Source: an uncultured Gammaproteobacteria bacterium
GTDB taxonomy: Bacteria > Patescibacteriota > Patescibacteriia > Magasanikbacterales > UBA922
Assembly: GCA_964550845.1 (NCBI GenBank)
Contig: CAZKAD010000001.1
Coordinates: 21,342-85,341 of the forward strand
Length of the DNA: 64,000 nucleotides
Reading direction: 5' to 3'
Shown here: positions 59,623-64,000 of the stretch, piece after piece
Numbering within the stretch: the first letter of the stretch is position 1
Layout: every line of letters begins with the position of its first letter
Notes under the pieces: generated by a model
The model's input: the letters and a program-made list of their open reading frames with translations, nothing else
Told to the model about the DNA's origin: nothing
Databases searched by the model: none
Program-made: the position numbers and the translations under genes

Positions 59623-62600
59623 TTATCCAAGAATTGCATTATAATACAACACATTATCTTGTTTCCAGACAAGGATGTTCGGCTTACCTTCAGAAAGCAG
59701 TTCAAGTTTATCAGGATTGATAAATACCATAATCACAATTGGCGCTTGGTCGTCCTTCCATTGTCGATAAATTGCAATCGCATTTTCATAAGAGTATGCT
59801 GGCTGACAGAGAAATTTACCCACATTTGTTTCAAGAAGATACACACCTCCGAGATATTTTGGAAAGTTAGACATCTTAATTTTTGATGACTCCGAATCGG
59901 ACCAGTCAAGTAGCTCGGAACCATCTGAAAAAAGAACCGCATTAACATCAACGTTTGTTTTCAAAAAGTCCGATTTTTCAAGGAAAAAATTCTTAAAGAA
60001 GACTTGGTGTCTGTAATTAATCACATTCGACATATTTCGAAGCATGCACAAATAGAGATGGTAGCGAATACCAGGAATTAAGTTTTCAGAATTCAAGATA
60101 AGTTTTCCATCTTTTAGCCAAGAAGATTTCTCAAACTTTCTCTGGAGTGGAGGGTAAGTAAAAGGAAGTTTCTCAGGGATGATAATCTTCTCGGCGAAAA
60201 ATCGATCAAGAGCTTTTTCATCATATGACAACTTCTGTTCAAAACAAAACTTGCTAAAAGTGTATAAAGCGTGTTCAGAGAGAAGTCTTGCTGTTCTCTT
60301 TGCTTGAATAGTTGACATATAATTACTTCGTTGATCAATCTTAATTGGAAAGTAATAAATATAACCTTCCTTTGTTTCGATGTAAATATAGCCATTTTCT
60401 TCGCGAAGAATTTTCCATCCTTTTTCCGAGATATATTCTCGGATCAATTCAATTTCATTATTTGAATATGAAGTTAATCTGGGAACATGGAGAATAGGCA
60501 TTGGCCCGCAGAGCATGTTAATTTTTTTATTCTTATATTGAATCTGCACTCCTCTCATCTTTCCAAAATCATCAATGAACTGGCCAATAATTCCAGATGG
60601 AAGTTGATCTTCACTTGAAGGCAATTTGTAGGGATTATCAATCAAATGGAAAGAGACAATCTTTCGTTGGGCATTTTCGAGAATTGCTGTAATTTCCTTT
60701 GAAAATAAAGCCATCTGGGAAGATTTATCTCCAGCAACAATCAATTCGCATTGGGGATATTCGGCCACATCAGATTCAGTGCCTGAATGTTCAAGAATTA
60801 CCACAGCAGGTTTGGTTTTTGGAAATGATGTATAGAAGTGTTCGTAATAAGGTAGAACAAGCTTAGCTTCGTTTCCTTCACGAGTAAAGATAAAAATCGA
60901 ACAATCGAACAATTCTTCGGCCGAACGGAGATATTTTCTTGGATCAAGATAAGTTTTCGAATCAATCTCTTGTTGTAATTCTGGAATAGTCTGTCGAAAA
61001 TTTGACTGACGATCAAACAATAAAATTTGATCAGTTAACATTGATCGAGAAAAATTCTTTTGTGTCGCCTTTGCCACAGCATGGAAAAAGACATGATGAG
61101 AACGTGTTACTCCTTTACGGAAAAACGATATCTCAACTGGAATAGTCAGCTTGAAGAAATTTGCAATTTCATTCGGTAGATATCCAAGCTCATTTTCAAG
61201 TAAAATTTTCGGTGTCTTCAAAATGTGTGTAAATACTTTCTCATCTTCACGAGTGATATTTTGATAGTATGCAATCATATTCTTTTTTCCAATCTGAGAA
61301 GTTTTGTAACAACAAGGTAAATAAGGAAAATCATTCGAGTTGGCAAGATTACTCTTTTTCAACCCTGGATAGCCTTCTTCACAAACGAACCAATTTTGAG
61401 GCCCTTCTTCTTTTGACTTTGGAAATAAGATTGCTTCTCTATACGTTGGATGTCCGACAATATAGCTGCCTTGATATGGCTCAGGTGGTAAATCTTTAAG
61501 TAGAATAGGTGGATGTTGACAGCTACGAGGATATCCAGATTGGAAAATTGAAGGTAATAAATCTTGTAGACGATTTCCACCAACTTTAACAGTATCAAGT
61601 TCCTTTTTGAATTCGAATGATTCTGGAAGATATTTCTGATAAAATGCAACCATCCCTGGCTCTTCTTGATTGTAGATAGTAAACATTTTACCAATAAATC
61701 TCATCAGATCTTCTGCGATTTTTTGATTTGGCGCATGATTAACTCTTACCTTAACATAAATCGAATTGACTGGAAAATTGAGCTGATCTTTTTGGAAATC
61801 TTTCGCATCTGAAATACCCTCAATCATACTGACGGTAATTTTCTGAGGTAAATTTAAAGGATGGTAGAAAAAACTCAGTCCAGTACGGAATCTTCCAAGT
61901 CTTGCCGATTCATCTGAATAACACATACTCGACAAAAGAGGATTGTTCATAATCAAATCACGGAACAAGACTGAAGAAAATCTTTGTGATGGAACATAGA
62001 ATACAGAGTTGAGACTTTTCTCTTTGATTTGTTTAAAGTCGGGAGGAGTTAAATTGAAACATTCAAAAATTCGCTTGATCAAGAATTGGCTATTTGATTG
62101 AGCTTCAATTGGAGTCTCTAAAGAGATTTTGTAAACTCCATCCTCAATGTTAATAATACCTTCTGAATAATGTTTATCGTAATCATTTCCACTTTCTGTG
62201 TGACGTATGAAAAATCTTAACATATCAGGTAAACTCCCAGTCCATTCTTCCGGAATATTTTTTAGACTTTGATGAGCCTTATGGAAATTTTGAATATTCA
62301 AGTAGGGGATAAAATTGGATACTTTACAGAGATCAAAAAGTTCCATCAGATCATAGTCTGTCGAAAATGGAACTTCAACAGTAATTTTAGTGATTGCGAA
62401 TCGAGTGGTGATGACTGATTTCATTTGATTGAAATCATCAAACTTTGCTTCTAATATTGACTGTTCTTGAAGAAAAGAAGTAATTTCATTCTTAATTGGT
62501 TTTCCTTCACGGAGAAATTCTTCAATCGAATAATTTCCTAGCAAGTCAGCGTATACAATATTAATTACATCTTCAAAATCTCTTTCAAATCCTCCTTTGA

Positions 62601-62892
62601 GTGAAATCAGTCGGAGCCATTCACGAAAAATTTCTTCTCTTGAATAACCAAGCTGAACCCGTAATGAACTTGGAAGTGTATCATAAAATGCGAACTTTGA
62701 TGTTTCAACTCCTTGAAGAATTGATTGATAAAAGTCGACTGCATTAATATCGGTTTTCTCGTCAAGTTCCAGCCCAGATGGAAATAAGAGTAGTTTTGGA
62801 TGAGTCTTGAGTCGAAGGGCAATTCGAGCAAGAATCATTTCCTTGGTATCATCTGCTCGAAGCTGAAATGGTTGACCATTCAAAAGGACCAT
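59623..62892 (-). CDS. large hypothetical protein (about 1089 aa)
   Basis: Uninterrupted ORF. Start at MVLLNGQP (62892), downstream of hairpin 62939..62954. No motif recognised. Confidence 0.8.
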   Translation of the reverse strand: MVLLNGQPFQLRADDTKEMILARIALRLKTHPKLLLFPSGLELDEKTDINAVDFYQSILQGVETSKFAFYDTLPSSLRVQLGYSREEIFREWLRLISLKGGFERDFEDVINIVYADLLGNYSIEEFLREGKPIKNEITSFLQEQSILEAKFDDFNQMKSVITTRFAITKITVEVPFSTDYDLMELFDLCKVSNFIPYLNIQNFHKAHQSLKNIPEEWTGSLPDMLRFFIRHTESGNDYDKHYSEGIINIEDGVYKISLETPIEAQSNSQFLIKRIFECFNLTPPDFKQIKEKSLNSVFYVPSQRFSSVLFRDLIMNNPLLSSMCYSDESARLGRFRTGLSFFYHPLNLPQKITVSMIEGISDAKDFQKDQLNFPVNSIYVKVRVNHAPNQKIAEDLMRFIGKMFTIYNQEEPGMVAFYQKYLPESFEFKKELDTVKVGGNRLQDLLPSIFQSGYPRSCQHPPILLKDLPPEPYQGSYIVGHPTYREAILFPKSKEEGPQNWFVCEEGYPGLKKSNLANSNDFPYLPCCYKTSQIGKKNMIAYYQNITREDEKVFTHILKTPKILLENELGYLPNEIANFFKLTIPVEISFFRKGVTRSHHVFFHAVAKATQKNFSRSMLTDQILLFDRQSNFRQTIPELQQEIDSKTYLDPRKYLRSAEELFDCSIFIFTREGNEAKLVLPYYEHFYTSFPKTKPAVVILEHSGTESDVAEYPQCELIVAGDKSSQMALFSKEITAILENAQRKIVSFHLIDNPYKLPSSEDQLPSGIIGQFIDDFGKMRGVQIQYKNKKINMLCGPMPILHVPRLTSYSNNEIELIREYISEKGWKILREENGYIYIETKEGYIYYFPIKIDQRSNYMSTIQAKRTARLLSEHALYTFSKFCFEQKLSYDEKALDRFFAEKIIIPEKLPFTYPPLQRKFEKSSWLKDGKLILNSENLIPGIRYHLYLCMLRNMSNVINYRHQVFFKNFFLEKSDFLKTNVDVNAVLFSDGSELLDWSDSESSKIKMSNFPKYLGGVYLLETNVGKFLCQPAYSYENAIAIYRQWKDDQAPIVIMVFINPDKLELLSEGKPNILVWKQDNVLYYNAILG

Positions 62893-62975
62893 TTGACTTT
62901 TTGTGGAAGGAAAAAAGAGAAAAAGATAAATCAATTTCATTCTTCGAGAAGAATCAAAAAGTGGAATTATTTCGC

Positions 62976-63821
62976 TCAAACCAATTCTGGTTGTGAAAAA
63001 GACCAAATTAAACCGAGCAATCTTGGATCATATAGATCAGTTAACAAAAAATTGTACCACGGCGAAGCTGGTTTCAAACCATAAAAAATAAGAATTAAGA
63101 AAGTCTGGGAAAGCTCATACACGCCGTAATTCCGAATTGGTATCAACAAATTTGGCGCTGGATTTTTTCTATGAATTAAAAAGTAGAATAGATGACGTAA
63201 AGTTTTATATCTTCTTTCATATCGTTTACACTTTAGACAAGAATAATTCCATTGTATGAGTGTATATATAACGGTTTTAACATTATACTTTGTAGATGAA
63301 TTAAAAAAGTTAAATAATTGGCAATATCCATTAATATGATAAAAATTAACTTTACATTGATCAAGTGGGATTCGATTAATAACACAATGTACCTGGAAAT
63401 TTCCCTCGGCTTGAGTAAAATGATTTATTGGAACTTGATCCAAGACCTGTAATCGATGATAGATTTTTCGAGGTGTATTCAAATTGATTGTAAATTTGTG
63501 ATGGTTTGCGATAAGTTGCAATTTTTTTGCAATCTCCCGTTCAAGTTGAATAAGTTTTCGAGACGGAGCAGTCGGTAATCGAATATATATGCTACATACT
63601 TTTGGTTTGACATTGCTAATAAAAGTATTAAACGGAGAAGATGGTACAAAACCTTCATAATCATAAAAAATATTTATTACAAGTGGCATATAGGGATCAA
63701 ATTTTCTTTCATCAATTTGAGGGACAAAAAGATTCCATTTCGAAATTAATTCATCATCGTCGTTCATAACGAATATATTTCTATCTCTTCGATTAAATGA
63801 GAGATCATTTTTATTGCTCAA
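62976..63821 (-). CDS. LYDPR-box family protein, type IV
   Basis: C-terminus PWYNFLLTDLYDPRLLGLIWSF. N-terminus unrelated to types I-III. Confidence 0.75.
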   Translation of the reverse strand: MSNKNDLSFNRRDRNIFVMNDDDELISKWNLFVPQIDERKFDPYMPLVINIFYDYEGFVPSSPFNTFISNVKPKVCSIYIRLPTAPSRKLIQLEREIAKKLQLIANHHKFTINLNTPRKIYHRLQVLDQVPINHFTQAEGNFQVHCVINRIPLDQCKVNFYHINGYCQLFNFFNSSTKYNVKTVIYTLIQWNYSCLKCKRYERRYKTLRHLFYFLIHRKNPAPNLLIPIRNYGVYELSQTFLILIFYGLKPASPWYNFLLTDLYDPRLLGLIWSFSQPELV

Positions 63822-64000
63822 GTTTAAGAGTGAGAAGTTGAGGCAATTGAACTAACGCAGTCCATGAATAACTTTGTTGACAATGAATGGTTCGTTGACG
63901 TTGTTTCATCTTTTGATCCCGCGCAATAATTAATTCAGCCCATTCTTGGGTAATATTCATATCTTCAATTAAATCAAAGGTTGGAATCAGACCCAAATGA
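63811..64000 (-). CDS. hypothetical protein, 5'-truncated by window edge
   Basis: Reading frame open to position 64000. Confidence 0.3.
   Translation of the reverse strand, partial: HLGLIPTFDLIEDMNITQEWAELIIARDQKMKQRQRTIHCQQSYSWTALVQLPQLLTLKLEQ

Overview
Gene-dense, AT-rich window coding on both strands. It carries the hallmark gene set of a giant virus (Nucleocytoviricota): family-B DNA polymerase, trifunctional mRNA capping enzyme, RNA polymerase largest subunit, RNR small subunit, FEN1/XPG nuclease, RNase H1, SNF2-RING helicase, Nudix hydrolase, dual-specificity phosphatase and six kinase-like genes. The regulatory grammar looks Mimiviridae-like. The octamer AAAATTGA sits 10-90 nt upstream of more than 20 start codons, and a short hairpin follows almost every gene. 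No rRNA, tRNA or CRISPR array was found. The most notable observations are listed here. (1) A 12-member multigene family is defined only by an invariant C-terminal box (W..FLTKELYDPRLL.LI..F). Ten members lie contiguously at 37.7-46.1 kb beside a serine recombinase and a nuclease-like gene, and the box is attached to at least four unrelated N-terminal architectures. (2) A kinesin motor gene has its P-loop (GQSG|SGKT) split by a 159-aa mini-intein. (3) A divergently transcribed ATG8/LC3 homologue retains the processing glycine. (4) The RPB1 gene ends just after the bridge helix, in an archaeal A'/A''-like split. (5) The capping enzyme carries a C-terminal OTU-like domain with Asp in place of the catalytic Cys. 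(6) A 20-22 bp TTAAAC-plus-hairpin repeat is arrayed at about 10 gene boundaries and often supplies the stop codon. (7) Short tandem duplications break two genes, a DHH phosphoesterase and one family member. All calls come from reading the translations and the DNA by eye. No database search was possible, so family assignments rest on recognised motifs only.
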